From assembly GCA_001793155.1 (NCBI GenBank), contig MGHI01000029.1, forward strand, positions 1 through 62,182: a DNA stretch of 62,182 bases. The letters are read 5' to 3'. Below the pieces are notes generated by a model. That model saw only the letters and a list, made by a program, of their open reading frames with translations, was not told the DNA's origin and ran no database searches. Below, one piece after another: positions 1 through 9,904 of this stretch (position 1 is the stretch's first letter; each line of letters starts with the position of its first letter). Source of the stretch: Candidatus Woesebacteria bacterium RIFCSPLOWO2_01_FULL_39_61 (GTDB taxonomy: Bacteria > Patescibacteriota > Microgenomatia > UBA8517). Position numbers and translations under genes: made by a program.

Positions 1-43
1 CATACAACTCCCATGTAAGTGCAATCTTTGTTAATTGATTCAT
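1..43 (-). CDS. 5' end of a CDS running off the window (MNQLTKIALTWELY...), possibly a transposase/integrase
   Basis: ATG at 43-41, open to the window edge, preceded by GGAGGTGGAC, the only strong SD motif noticed in the window. Only 14 codons are visible, so the product guess is weak. Confidence 0.4.
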   Translation of the reverse strand, partial: MNQLTKIALTWELY

Positions 44-102
44 GTCCACCTCCATTGTAACTAAAGGAAGTGGCGGATATTAAAGGTAAATACAACGAAT
101 CC

Positions 103-131
103 TTGACAAATTCAAAAGCGTTGTATAACAT
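103..131 (+). promoter_or_regulatory. Candidate sigma70 promoter for the 159..746 gene
   Basis: TTGACA (103-108), 17-nt spacer, TAACAT (126-131), 27 nt upstream of the ATG at 159. Confidence 0.55.
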
Positions 132-158
132 CACCCCATATTCATGCTCTTAAGATAA

Positions 159-746
159 ATGTTAAACTTTTTACTTTCACTTTTAATTATCGCGCTTTCA
201 TCAGGCCTTGGTGTTCCTGAAAAAGTCAGCCAACGAATCTCTGAAGCTTTAGAAGCGAAGTTGGAAAATAACCTAAATGCACCTAACCAAAACGCTGATC
301 CCCAGGAGAATATTTTCGGCAATCTCAACTTACCTGATGAAATACAAAACGAAAATGCACATCAAAACTCACAGCAGACTACCGAAACTAACCCTGATAC
401 CAATAAATCCCAAACCTACAATACAAAAAGCGGAAAAGTAGTAGAAACTGTGGCCAACGTTGCCATTAATAATTCCCCAGCCCTAGCATCCTGTCCGGAA
501 AATCCTAACTTGTGTACTACACCCACTCCCCAACCCACTCCGACTCCGATTCCAACTTCAATCCCAACCCTAATTCCTATTCCTTCACCCTTTCCTACAT
601 TTATTCCTTGTCCTCCCCCGCCTTGTCCACCTTATACGCTTTTTTCAGATAGTGAAAGAGTATCTCCAGAAATTTATCCATGCCCTGTTTATCCTGATGC
701 CCTGACTTCTGAAAGACCGATTTGTATACACGAAGAAGCTATGTAA
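159..746 (+). CDS. Hypothetical exported protein, Asn/Gln-rich then Pro/Thr/Cys-rich
   Basis: Hydrophobic N-terminus (MLNFLLSLLIIALSSG), PTPTP/PIP low-complexity tract, 6 Cys; overlaps the ftsZ 3' end convergently by 8 nt. Confidence 0.7.
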   Translation: MLNFLLSLLIIALSSGLGVPEKVSQRISEALEAKLENNLNAPNQNADPQENIFGNLNLPDEIQNENAHQNSQQTTETNPDTNKSQTYNTKSGKVVETVANVAINNSPALASCPENPNLCTTPTPQPTPTPIPTSIPTLIPIPSPFPTFIPCPPPPCPPYTLFSDSERVSPEIYPCPVYPDALTSERPICIHEEAM

Positions 747-1893
747 TTTTTCTCAAAAAAGCGGGTATTTCGAATTTTTCTCCGAACACATCTCTTTCGC
801 CCTCTTCAGGGATCTCTTCCTCTTTTTCAGCTTCATCTGTCAAAATTTCGTGCTCTTCCTCGTCTCTCGGAACTTCCGAAACGACTCCTTGAATCGGGGG
901 AGCTTTGGTTTGTGATATTTGTGCGATTCTTGCCCGAGTTTCATCAAAACCGGTAGCAACTACTGTTATTCGTATTTGATCGGCAAGGTCCTCGCGTATA
1001 ACAGCTCCGAAAATAATATTAGCGTCAGCATCTGCCGAATTTGAAATGATGCGTGCGGCCTCATCAACTTCAAACATTGTTAGATCTGGTCCGCCGGTAA
1101 TATTAAAAAGTACGCCCGTTGCACCTTCTATCGATAAATCCAAAAGTGGTGAAGAAATCGCTGCTCGGGCTGCCATTTGAGCCCGATTTTCTCCAACCCC
1201 AGTTCCAATACCCAAAAGCGCAGTACCGGCATTAAGCATTATCGTCTTTACATCTGCGAAATCTACGTTGATAAGTCCCGGAGTTGTAATAATATCTGCA
1301 ATCCCTCCGACGGCCTGCCCTAGAATAGAATCCGCAACCTTGAATGCCTCGAGTAAAGTCATTTTTCGGTCAATAACATCCATCAATCTTTGATTCGGAA
1401 TGACAATTAAAGTATCAACTTCCTGACGCAACTTTTCAATTCCGTCTTCCGAAATAACAGCTCGCCGGGTTCCTTCAAAATGAAAAGGTTTGGTAACAAC
1501 ACCGACTGTTAAGGCCCCCGCTTCTTTAGCCTGTCTTGCAACTACAGGTGCTGCCCCAGTTCCCGTCCCACCCCCCATTCCGGCGGTAATAAAGACCATT
1601 TCCGTGTCAAGTAAAAACTCTTTAATTTTTTCTACAGATTCTTCTGCGGCTTGAGACCCCAACTCAGGGTTTCCCCCCACACCCAAGCCTTTAGTTAGTT
1701 TTTCTCCGATTTGAAGTTTCGTCGGAGCTTTGTTGGCGAGAAGAACCTGGGCATCGGTATTTATTGCGATAAATTCAACTCCTTGAATCGTATTCCCTTC
1801 CACCATTGAAGAGACTGCGTTTCCCCCTCCGCCACCAACTCCCACGACTTTAATCTTTGCTATTCTAGCTGAATCTGGTTTAACAAGAGCCAT
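739..1893 (-). CDS. ftsZ: Cell division GTPase FtsZ
   Basis: [15 protein letters not shown], tubulin signature [16 protein letters not shown]-terminal EIPAFLRK. Start placed at MALVK (1893); the ORF track extends to 1929. Confidence 0.99.
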   Translation of the reverse strand: MALVKPDSARIAKIKVVGVGGGGGNAVSSMVEGNTIQGVEFIAINTDAQVLLANKAPTKLQIGEKLTKGLGVGGNPELGSQAAEESVEKIKEFLLDTEMVFITAGMGGGTGTGAAPVVARQAKEAGALTVGVVTKPFHFEGTRRAVISEDGIEKLRQEVDTLIVIPNQRLMDVIDRKMTLLEAFKVADSILGQAVGGIADIITTPGLINVDFADVKTIMLNAGTALLGIGTGVGENRAQMAARAAISSPLLDLSIEGATGVLFNITGGPDLTMFEVDEAARIISNSADADANIIFGAVIREDLADQIRITVVATGFDETRARIAQISQTKAPPIQGVVSEVPRDEEEHEILTDEAEKEEEIPEEGERDVFGEKFEIPAFLRKIT

Positions 1894-1965
1894 ACTCATT
1901 TCCTGCTTTCTTTTTCGAAAAGAATGCACGAGAAAGAAAAATCGGATTTGTAAAAAATTTCTTTG

Positions 1966-1994
1966 TCTACCTTACTTTTTAAAAGTAAGGTAGA
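1966..1994. repeat. Perfect 29-bp palindrome in the ftsA-ftsZ spacer
   Basis: TCTACCTTACTTTT-T-AAAAGTAAGGTAGA: 14-bp arms around a 1-nt centre. Confidence 0.9.
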
Positions 1995-2082
1995 AACAGT
2001 TACGCAGCAGGATTCTACTATGAACTAGATTGTAACACAAGTATGCAAAAACGAACTTTTTGCTTATTTTATGATAATTTGG

Positions 2083-3357
2083 TTAGGGCAGAAGGTCCTT
2101 GATAGTTTCTAAAATCTTTCCTGCTAATCCCTTCGAAGGCAACTTCAGTTTACTGGTAAACGGATTTTGCACCTCTTCCGCGTCAAGACCGGCAGCGTAG
2201 ATTATCAAACCGACAGGGGTGGCAAAAACCGGACTTACAATATCGTCAATTAGCCCTCCTATTCCTTTCGGCTTACCAATTCTCACAGGAAGTGACAACA
2301 TCCGACGCGCCGATTCTTCAATACCAACGGTTTCGGCTCCCCCACCTGTAAGTATTATGCCGGATGGGATACGAGATCCGAGATTTTCCTTATCGAGTTG
2401 AATCCGTACCATCGTAAAAATCTCATTTAACCTGGGTCTTATAATACCATCTGTCAAAGTCTTTCTGGATACTCTTTTTGTATCCTGAATACCCATCGTC
2501 TGCAAGTCGACTTCATCGGAAGCGTTGTTTTTATCCTTCTTTTTCTTTTTATCGGCCTCGGATAAACTTAATTTAATTTTGTCTGCCGATTCAAGTGAAA
2601 CTCTAAGCCCTATTGCTAAATCATTGGTAACGTTATTTGCTCCTATAGGTAAAACTCCTGAATAAATTAGACTTCCATCCGTATAAGCCGCGATTGATGT
2701 GGTCCCTCCTCCGATATCTACTAGACAACAACCGAGTTCTTTTTCCGTTCGAGTCAAAACCGCTTCTCCTGAAGCCAAACCGCTGAAAATTAGTTCATTG
2801 ACGTTGACTCCGACTTCATTGACTGCTTTTCTGAGATTTTTAACTGCGGCACCTGAGGCAGTTACGAGATGTGTTTGAACCTCCAATCTTACTCCGCTCA
2901 TCCCAATCGGATCTTTCACTCCGGATTCACCGTCAACGATGTATTCCCTTGGAATTACATGAATAAGTTCCCTCGATGAAGGGAGCGAAACTGCGCTTGC
3001 AGCTTCAACCACCCTATCAACGTCACTTCCTGAAATTTCACCTTCAGGGTTAGATACTGCCACAACACCGTGTGAGTTTTGGGAAGCTATATGCGCTCCG
3101 CCCATGGCAACATATGCGTTATCAAGGTTATAACCGGCCATTCGCTCAGCCGCTTCAATGCTCGCTACTGTTGCATCCACCGCCTCTTCGATATTCACGA
3201 TCTGACCCTTTTTAATTCCTTTGGATTCGGTAGATGAAACTCCGACTATATTTATTTCCCGTGCATAGCTAACTTCATCAACCCCGACTTGAGCAATTAT
3301 TGTTGCGATCTTTGACGATCCGAGTTCTATTCCGGCAATTAATTTGTTTTTAGCCAT
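2083..3357 (-). CDS. ftsA: Cell division protein FtsA
   Basis: IELGSSKI, VDIGGGTTS and ILTGGGA actin-fold motifs; directly upstream of ftsZ. Confidence 0.98.
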   Translation of the reverse strand: MAKNKLIAGIELGSSKIATIIAQVGVDEVSYAREINIVGVSSTESKGIKKGQIVNIEEAVDATVASIEAAERMAGYNLDNAYVAMGGAHIASQNSHGVVAVSNPEGEISGSDVDRVVEAASAVSLPSSRELIHVIPREYIVDGESGVKDPIGMSGVRLEVQTHLVTASGAAVKNLRKAVNEVGVNVNELIFSGLASGEAVLTRTEKELGCCLVDIGGGTTSIAAYTDGSLIYSGVLPIGANNVTNDLAIGLRVSLESADKIKLSLSEADKKKKKDKNNASDEVDLQTMGIQDTKRVSRKTLTDGIIRPRLNEIFTMVRIQLDKENLGSRIPSGIILTGGGAETVGIEESARRMLSLPVRIGKPKGIGGLIDDIVSPVFATPVGLIIYAAGLDAEEVQNPFTSKLKLPSKGLAGKILETIKDLLP

Positions 3358-3518
3358 AAAATCAAGCTGTTTTGTTGTTACTTACTTAATTTCTTTTTTA
3401 TTTCCTAAATGACTATTAAAAATAATTTAGTATATAAATTTACCAACCTCAAGTTAAAGAATTGTAACTCGTATATCAAACTTACTTATTGTTATTAAAA
3501 GTCAATCTAAAAATTGAT

Positions 3519-4220
3519 TTAACGAATAACCGGGTTTTCGTAACGCAAATCTATAGCAATGTTTTCGTTTCTCTCCAAATTAGCTTTAAAATCACTTTCA
3601 TCGTCTTTAGTTTTATTAAGGATTATAATAAGACTTCCCAATAATACTTTCATATCCCCTTCATACGGAAAGATTGCTCTGTTGCCATCGTTAAAGTAAA
3701 CCGTCAAGCCTTCTTTTTCAATGATACTTTTATCTACTTTGAAAATAGAATAAATTTGGGAAACCAACTTTAATGAAAAGAGCTCTTTATTTGTAACATT
3801 TTCTCCCGGAATCGGTAACTCATAATTAACCAACACTGAGGGGAGTGTCGTTCCGCCGGAATAACCTAATACTTTTCCCTCGTTGTCGACCATTGCAACC
3901 TTTTCCGAAATTTCGTTTTCTAATGCAAATGTCGGTTTTCTCTCGACTAAGTGTACCACATACTTCGCGGGTAATTTATAAGATAGAGAATAGTTTTTCA
4001 CCAAAAAACTTTCTGAAATAATTGTCAGAATTTTTTTCCTTGCCGAAATAATGTTTAGATCTTTTGTTCTTTCAAGTTCGCTGGATATCATTTCGCCACA
4101 CTTTCCGTATTGATTCTCGCAAGTCACTTGATTAATTCTGATGGAATTTAATAGTAAAAATATTAAAAAGGAGACAAAAACTACGGACATTAATTTGATT
4201 ACTACTTTTAATTTTTTCAT
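3519..4220 (-). CDS. ftsQ: FtsQ/DivIB-like cell division protein
   Basis: Single N-terminal TM, POTRA-like segment (YKLPAKYVVHLVERKP), C-terminal IDLRYENPV; lies between murG and ftsA. Confidence 0.75.
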   Translation of the reverse strand: MKKLKVVIKLMSVVFVSFLIFLLLNSIRINQVTCENQYGKCGEMISSELERTKDLNIISARKKILTIISESFLVKNYSLSYKLPAKYVVHLVERKPTFALENEISEKVAMVDNEGKVLGYSGGTTLPSVLVNYELPIPGENVTNKELFSLKLVSQIYSIFKVDKSIIEKEGLTVYFNDGNRAIFPYEGDMKVLLGSLIIILNKTKDDESDFKANLERNENIAIDLRYENPVIR

Positions 4221-5335
4221 GGTAAGAACTTCTCGACTAAACTTACAATATTTTTTGCCGCGTTCCTGTCAGGGCTATTTTTATTCCTGGTAGCTAAAAC
4301 CATAGATTTCCATTTGGCTTTAACATCTTTAACCTCTCCAAGAAGTATCGTTTCATTTAAGTCGTCCTGTTCGATAATTCTGGCAATCCCGAAGTTTTTG
4401 GCGATTTCTGCATTTTTTCTTTGCTCATCAAGATAGGCGAATGGGATCGGAATTAAAATTGAAGGTCTTTTTATTGCCATAATCTGGGAAACAATGTTCG
4501 CCCCGGCTCGTGAAATTATCAGATCACAACCCGACAGTACTTTTGGCCAATTCCAATGGGAAATTGTTCCGTAGACAAAATATCTTTGTCTTAAATTGCT
4601 TTTCAAAGATTTTTTAATGGATACAAACTTATTAAACTGAAAGTCTCCGCATTGATGAATTACAATAAAATCTCTGAGTAATTTGGAAATTATTTTTTCT
4701 ATCGCATTATTAATTGTAACGGATCCGGAATGTCCCCCTGTAATCAAAATCGTCGGTGGATTTCCGATGTCATTTTTTGTTTTTACCTGCAAAATCTCAG
4801 GCTCAACAGGATTTCCGGTAAGAATTACTTTCTTTTCAGGAAAATATTTTCGGCTGGATTCTCTAGAAATTGCTATTTTTGTAGAAAAAAAGGAAGAGTA
4901 TATATTTGCTCTGCCCGCCGCAGCGGTTTGATCATGAGAGATAATCGGAATCCCGGCAAAGTACGATATAACCACTACCGGAAATGATGTATAGCCTCCG
5001 AACGACAAGATACAGTTAGGTTTAATATTGGAAATTAACTTAAAAGCTTCAATAAAACCAAATGGAATTTTAAAATAAGATATGAGAGTCCAAATCGTAA
5101 ATTTTCTTTGAAGTCTTCCGCTTGAAAGTGAATAAACTTTTACTCCGATTTGGGGAAAAGTTTTGTGCTCCAAAGTATCTATATTTTTACCTTCAAGAAC
5201 CGTCCGCGAACCAACCCAGTAAAGTTCCCAGGGCTTTCTTTCCATCCTAATTTCTTGAATTACCGCGTACGCAGTCGCTCCGGCATGACCACCTGTTAAT
5301 AATAACTTTAGTTTATTATTTACTCTCTTTTGCAT
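4217..5335 (-). CDS. murG: MurG GlcNAc transferase (GT28)
   Basis: TGGHAG, SFGGYTS, TGNPV, ITGGHSGS, ISRAGA motifs; dcw position. Confidence 0.97.
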   Translation of the reverse strand: MQKRVNNKLKLLLTGGHAGATAYAVIQEIRMERKPWELYWVGSRTVLEGKNIDTLEHKTFPQIGVKVYSLSSGRLQRKFTIWTLISYFKIPFGFIEAFKLISNIKPNCILSFGGYTSFPVVVISYFAGIPIISHDQTAAAGRANIYSSFFSTKIAISRESSRKYFPEKKVILTGNPVEPEILQVKTKNDIGNPPTILITGGHSGSVTINNAIEKIISKLLRDFIVIHQCGDFQFNKFVSIKKSLKSNLRQRYFVYGTISHWNWPKVLSGCDLIISRAGANIVSQIMAIKRPSILIPIPFAYLDEQRKNAEIAKNFGIARIIEQDDLNETILLGEVKDVKAKWKSMVLATRNKNSPDRNAAKNIVSLVEKFLP

Positions 5336-6410
5336 ACTTTGAAATATTTAACAAGATTCCTATTGCTGATAATATAGATACCAAAGCATTGCCTCCATAG
5401 GAAAAGAAGGGCAAGGGTATTCCCGTTAACGGGACCAAGCTAACCATCGATCCCAAATTTAAGAATGCCTGTCCTCCGATCCAAGCAGCGACCCCAACAG
5501 CAAATATTTTTGAAAAGGTATCCGGAGCAGACTTTGCAATTTTCAATATTCTCAGGGTAAGAACTGCAAAAACGATAATTACTAAGCTTGCTCCCAAAAA
5601 TCCGGTTTCTTCCGCAATAATCGCAAAAATCGAGTCTGTTGCGGTTTCGGGCAAAAAAAGATATTTTTGCAGGGATTGCCCTAATCCGACACCAAACACC
5701 CCCCCGGCTCCTAGAGCGTAAAGAATTTGTCTGATATGATATCCTTTGCCTAACGGATCCTCGGTTTGCTGTAAAAAAGTCAGCAACCTATCTTTTCTGT
5801 AGCTTGAAGTTACTATTAATACAAAACTCAATAATCCTCCTGCCAGTCCGGCACCAATAAAATAAAACATATTAATTCCTGAAATGAAAATCTGCGACAT
5901 CGATATAGCAAGAATAACCATGGTAGTACCAAGATCTGGCTGAAGCATAATAATCGCAGTCACTAAGATAATCGGGATAAAAAATGAAATCGGTTTTTTA
6001 TTCTTGGAGGCCAACTTTGCCAAATAAATTGTTAGTGCCAATTTAATAAATTCTGAGGGTTGAAATGAAAGAGGCCCCACTATTACCCATCTTCTCGCAC
6101 CCAAAAATTCTCTACCTATACTAGGGATAAATACCAAAAAGAGAGACAAAAATCCCAAGATAAAAATTAGGGTGGCTATTTTGTCCCAGATTAAATATTT
6201 TGTTTTAGAAAAGACTAATAAAGCTACCACCCCCACAAAGGCCCAGACAGCTTGTTGTTTTACGAAGAAAAACTTATCATTGAATTGTCTTTCTGCCAGA
6301 GGTGCAGACGCATCAGCAAGAACTACCAGTCCGACTATTGTTAAAACTAAAGTTAATACTAGTAATTTATTATCAAAAGAGTCTATTTTTGTTCTGCTTT
6401 TTCTTCGCAC
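5316..6410 (-). CDS. ftsW: SEDS family peptidoglycan polymerase FtsW
   Basis: GARRW, FQPSEFIK, QPDLGT, LPETATDSIF, GIPLPFFSYGG; multi-TM; GTG start. Confidence 0.95.
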   Translation of the reverse strand: MRRKSRTKIDSFDNKLLVLTLVLTIVGLVVLADASAPLAERQFNDKFFFVKQQAVWAFVGVVALLVFSKTKYLIWDKIATLIFILGFLSLFLVFIPSIGREFLGARRWVIVGPLSFQPSEFIKLALTIYLAKLASKNKKPISFFIPIILVTAIIMLQPDLGTTMVILAISMSQIFISGINMFYFIGAGLAGGLLSFVLIVTSSYRKDRLLTFLQQTEDPLGKGYHIRQILYALGAGGVFGVGLGQSLQKYLFLPETATDSIFAIIAEETGFLGASLVIIVFAVLTLRILKIAKSAPDTFSKIFAVGVAAWIGGQAFLNLGSMVSLVPLTGIPLPFFSYGGNALVSILSAIGILLNISKYAKESK

Positions 6411-6472
6411 ACTTTAATCTTTACCAATCATAAATAATCTTATTTCTGACAATTAAATCGTCGCTAGCCTTT

Positions 6473-6545
6473 AGCAAAGCTTGGCCGATTTAGACTCGGT
6501 AAGCAAAGCTTGGCACTGCTGACACATTGTAAGCAAACTTGTGTC
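6473..6545. repeat. REP-like composite palindromic element, copy 1 (mraY-ftsW spacer)
   Basis: 6473-6511 AGCAAAGCTTGGCCGATTTAGACTCGGTAAGCAAAGCTT matches the reverse complement of 48315-48353 at 38/39 positions. A third AAGCAAACTT core follows between GACACA/TGTGTC arms (6521-6545). Confidence 0.9.
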
Positions 6546-6551
6546 TGTCGA

Positions 6552-7607
6552 CTATATTGTCGCCAGCCATAGACCGAAAATAGCTAAAATCATTCCCGCC
6601 AACCAGGCTCGCATAACGATTTTTGGTTCCTCCCAACCAATTGCCAAGAGCGTGTGGTGAATCGGTGCAATTGGAAAAATTGGTCTTTTAAGTACCTTCC
6701 AACCAAATATCTGAATGGCCGAAGACGCCACTTCAATAAAAAAAATTCCACCCACGACCAAAAGTGCAACTACACTTCCAGTTAAAAGACCAATAAGTGC
6801 CAGCATAGCACCGAAGGATAATGCTCCTACATCTCCCAAATGGATACGAGCCGGCCATATATTGAAATAGATAAAGGCCATTAAAGCACCGATCCAGAGT
6901 GAAATGAAAAGTGATAGTGGGGTATCCAAGCTTGCCGCGGCTATGGTTCCAAAAGTAATCAAACAAATAACGAGAAGTCCGCTGGCCAGTCCGTCAAGCC
7001 CATCCGTGATATTGAATGCATTCGAGAAAGTAACAATAAACAGTGCAGATAAAGGTATATAAAAAGTTCCTAAATTTAAGGTTAGATCGACTAAGGGTAC
7101 ATGAACAATTTCTATCCCCAGCCTTTTATTCAAAACATAACCTATGAAAAGTGCCAAGAGCCATTGAAGAACGAATTTACTTTTACGGGTGATTCCGTAC
7201 CATAAACCCATTTTCCCCTGCTTGGGTCTACCAAATATCTTTATTAAATCATCAGATAAACCCAGAAGTCCGAAGGAGATAAAGGTAAAAAAAATAAGGA
7301 AAAGCTCTACTCTAAAATCAAACGCGCTTCTTATATAAACACCCATATGAGATGCAAAAGGGAATAAAAGAAGAAAAAGTAAACTTACGGAGCCAATTAT
7401 GAGTAAACCACCCCCCACCGGCGTTCCTGCTTTTATATCGTGCAACTTATCAAAAAGAGGAATTTTACCCTGTTTAGGAGCTTCCTTACGACGGGTTATT
7501 TTCAGTTTATAAAGTAAGTCGATAAAAGGTACAACCAAAACCCCTGTAATAATAAATGAAAATATTATAAGACCCAATGCTAAAGATAATATACTTTCTA
7601 CCTGCAT
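6552..7607 (-). CDS. mraY: Phospho-N-acetylmuramoyl-pentapeptide transferase MraY
   Basis: KAGTPVGGG, LSDD, SNAFNITDGLDGLA, HLGDVG, APIHH. Confidence 0.98.
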   Translation of the reverse strand: MQVESILSLALGLIIFSFIITGVLVVPFIDLLYKLKITRRKEAPKQGKIPLFDKLHDIKAGTPVGGGLLIIGSVSLLFLLLFPFASHMGVYIRSAFDFRVELFLIFFTFISFGLLGLSDDLIKIFGRPKQGKMGLWYGITRKSKFVLQWLLALFIGYVLNKRLGIEIVHVPLVDLTLNLGTFYIPLSALFIVTFSNAFNITDGLDGLASGLLVICLITFGTIAAASLDTPLSLFISLWIGALMAFIYFNIWPARIHLGDVGALSFGAMLALIGLLTGSVVALLVVGGIFFIEVASSAIQIFGWKVLKRPIFPIAPIHHTLLAIGWEEPKIVMRAWLAGMILAIFGLWLATI

Positions 7608-7646
7608 ATCCCTGTGAAAAATATTATATATCCTAAAAAACCGTTA

Positions 7647-8669
7647 TCACAAACGTCTGACTTTTCTTCTGACAGTCTCGAATCCATACGTTAACCAATA
7701 ATTTGGAGATAAAGGAAGATCGTGTGCGTGTAGCCAATCCACCTTCTCTCCGCCAAATCCTTTTTTAAAAACAGTTACTCCGAAAAAACGATGTTTGGGA
7801 TCATCACCCGGGGCTATTCCCCAAAAGTCATAATATTTGATGCCTTTCTCTCTGGCGTTTTTTATTATCTCCCACTGAGTAAAGTAAGAAGCATTAGTTC
7901 TTTTGGATGTAGTTGAGGATCCTGAGTGGTGGTAAAAGGCTTTTTGTCCGTAAAAAATTATTATTGCGGCAACCAAAGGAATTCTGTTTTTTTCACAAAT
8001 AAAAAGTTCGGCTTGGCCGTCATTCCCAAACGTTTCCAACTGTGCCTTAAAGAGTTTTTCACTAAAACCGACAAATTTGTGCCTTTTAACGGTTTCGGTC
8101 TGCAAGGAGGATAGAATTTTCACATCCTTACTATTTTGTGAGATATTAATCTTAAATCCCTCCGTAAGGCTTTTTTTGATCAAATATCTGGTTGTCTTCC
8201 TCATTTCTTTCAAAAGCTCTTTTTCGTTTTTGGATATATCAAGGATAAGCGTATGCTCTCCGTGGAGATGCATAGGCGCAGAAACGAAACCTAACTTTTT
8301 AAATAGGGATCTAATTCCTGGGTAATCTTTTACATCCGGTCTCACCCGAACAAACCAAGCGCCGTTTTCTCTGGCTACCTTGCGGACATAGTCTAAAAGT
8401 ACTTTAACCAACTCCCCGTTTTCATAATTCACCACAGGTCCTCCGGGAATTAGGTAATGGGGTCCCCTTTTTGCCGGTTGGTGGATTAACTGGGCAACTG
8501 CGGAGAGTATCTTACCTTTATAAGCCCCCAGTCTTATAACCTTGTAGCCTACCAATCTGTTGGTCTCACCCCAGTTCCAGGACTGAAGAAATGTTCCGGG
8601 GTTCTGAGAAAGTAAAAAGCTTTCCCATGTGTTTTTATCTGTCTCTTCCCTTACTTGGTATTTAAACAT
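7647..8669 (-). CDS. FemAB/MurM-family tRNA-dependent peptidoglycan bridge ligase
   Basis: FLQSWNWG, YLIPGGP, MRKTTRYLIKK, YDFWGI, FKKGFGG are Fem-family motifs. Confidence 0.9.
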   Translation of the reverse strand: MFKYQVREETDKNTWESFLLSQNPGTFLQSWNWGETNRLVGYKVIRLGAYKGKILSAVAQLIHQPAKRGPHYLIPGGPVVNYENGELVKVLLDYVRKVARENGAWFVRVRPDVKDYPGIRSLFKKLGFVSAPMHLHGEHTLILDISKNEKELLKEMRKTTRYLIKKSLTEGFKINISQNSKDVKILSSLQTETVKRHKFVGFSEKLFKAQLETFGNDGQAELFICEKNRIPLVAAIIIFYGQKAFYHHSGSSTTSKRTNASYFTQWEIIKNAREKGIKYYDFWGIAPGDDPKHRFFGVTVFKKGFGGEKVDWLHAHDLPLSPNYWLTYGFETVRRKVRRL

Positions 8670-9904
8670 AGTTTAATTAATCGAACTACTTCTTTTGCAT
8701 CAGTTAGGGTCATTGTCGGATTCGTCGGTATGTTCAGAATTGTACGTGAATATTTTTCAGCGTTTCTACAAGTCAGTGGTTGGTACTCCACTAAAGATAA
8801 ATCGTAAACCGGAACAACCGGAGCTTTATACCAATCCCCAAATAAAATACCTTGTCTTTTCATGCATCTAAATATTTGAATTGAACGGCTGCTTAAAATC
8901 GGAAACCGCATATAAATAGATCCTTTTATTTTTACAGGTAATTGCAGATCCTTGATTTTTAAAGCACTGAAATAATAGTTGGAAATATTCCTTCTTCGTC
9001 TGTTGAATTTTTCTAATTTCCTTAACTGGTTTCTGGCAAGAACCGCAAGGGCTCCCGGCATTTTCCTTAGAAATCTTTTCGGTTTTTTACCTTTTTTTTC
9101 GTCTTCGGATACAGCTTTAGACAATATGTTAAAACTCTGTAGCAGAAACAGGGACATTTTACCTATGGTTAACTTCCCAAAACCCAAATTATAAGTTAGA
9201 AGAATCAAAGAGAAAAAAATAGGGTGTAGTAGTTGCTGGATAAGCCAAAAAGCTGAGGGATAATTAAGATCATATCTTTCTTGCTTTAATTTCTCATAAA
9301 TCTTTTTATTTTTACTAAGAATCATTCCTCCAAAAACTGACGATATGACTTTATCACGGCCAAAACTGAAAAAAGAAATATCACCCAAAGTACCGACTTT
9401 TTTACCTTTATTTTCGGCCCCAAGGGAAAGTGCACAATCCTCAATTATTACGATCCTTTTATTCCGAACCACCCTTCTGACCTTTTGAATATCCACTGGT
9501 ATACCAAACGAGTGTTGAACAATTATGGCTTTTGTTTTTTCGGTAATTTTTTCTTTAATTTTACCGATGTCTATATTGAAATTTTTATCTACATCAACAT
9601 AAACCGGCTTAGCACCTGTCCAGATAACTGAATTGGGTACTGCAACACAAGTAAACCCTTGTAATAATACCTCATCTCCTTCTGAAATACCGAGAGCCTT
9701 CAAGATAAGATAAAGTGCGCTCCTTCCGCTATCCACTGCAAGGAACTGATAATTTGACCCGAACAACTTTTTAAAATCATTTTCTAACCCCTCTGTTTGT
9801 CTGAAATCAAACCAACTAAAGGGCGAAAAAAGTAATTTTAAGGCTAAGGAAATATCATCTTTTTCGCAATTGGGTGATAAAGAAATGGCGATAGATCTTC
9901 TCAT
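8651..9904 (-). CDS. DegT/DnrJ/EryC1/StrS PLP-dependent aminotransferase
   Basis: SGRSALYL, FTCVAVPNS, HSFG, IEDCA, SFGRDKVISSVFGG (Schiff-base Lys), LNIPT. Confidence 0.9.
   Translation of the reverse strand: MRRSIAISLSPNCEKDDISLALKLLFSPFSWFDFRQTEGLENDFKKLFGSNYQFLAVDSGRSALYLILKALGISEGDEVLLQGFTCVAVPNSVIWTGAKPVYVDVDKNFNIDIGKIKEKITEKTKAIIVQHSFGIPVDIQKVRRVVRNKRIVIIEDCALSLGAENKGKKVGTLGDISFFSFGRDKVISSVFGGMILSKNKKIYEKLKQERYDLNYPSAFWLIQQLLHPIFFSLILLTYNLGFGKLTIGKMSLFLLQSFNILSKAVSEDEKKGKKPKRFLRKMPGALAVLARNQLRKLEKFNRRRRNISNYYFSALKIKDLQLPVKIKGSIYMRFPILSSRSIQIFRCMKRQGILFGDWYKAPVVPVYDLSLVEYQPLTCRNAEKYSRTILNIPTNPTMTLTDAKEVVRLIKLCLNTK

Noticed and set aside
6473-6545. Repeated AAGCAAAGCTT cores as a mini-CRISPR or tRNA fragment
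   Set aside because: Repeats are 10-11 bp with palindromic inserts, not 25-40-bp repeats with unique spacers; no cloverleaf or T-loop consensus.
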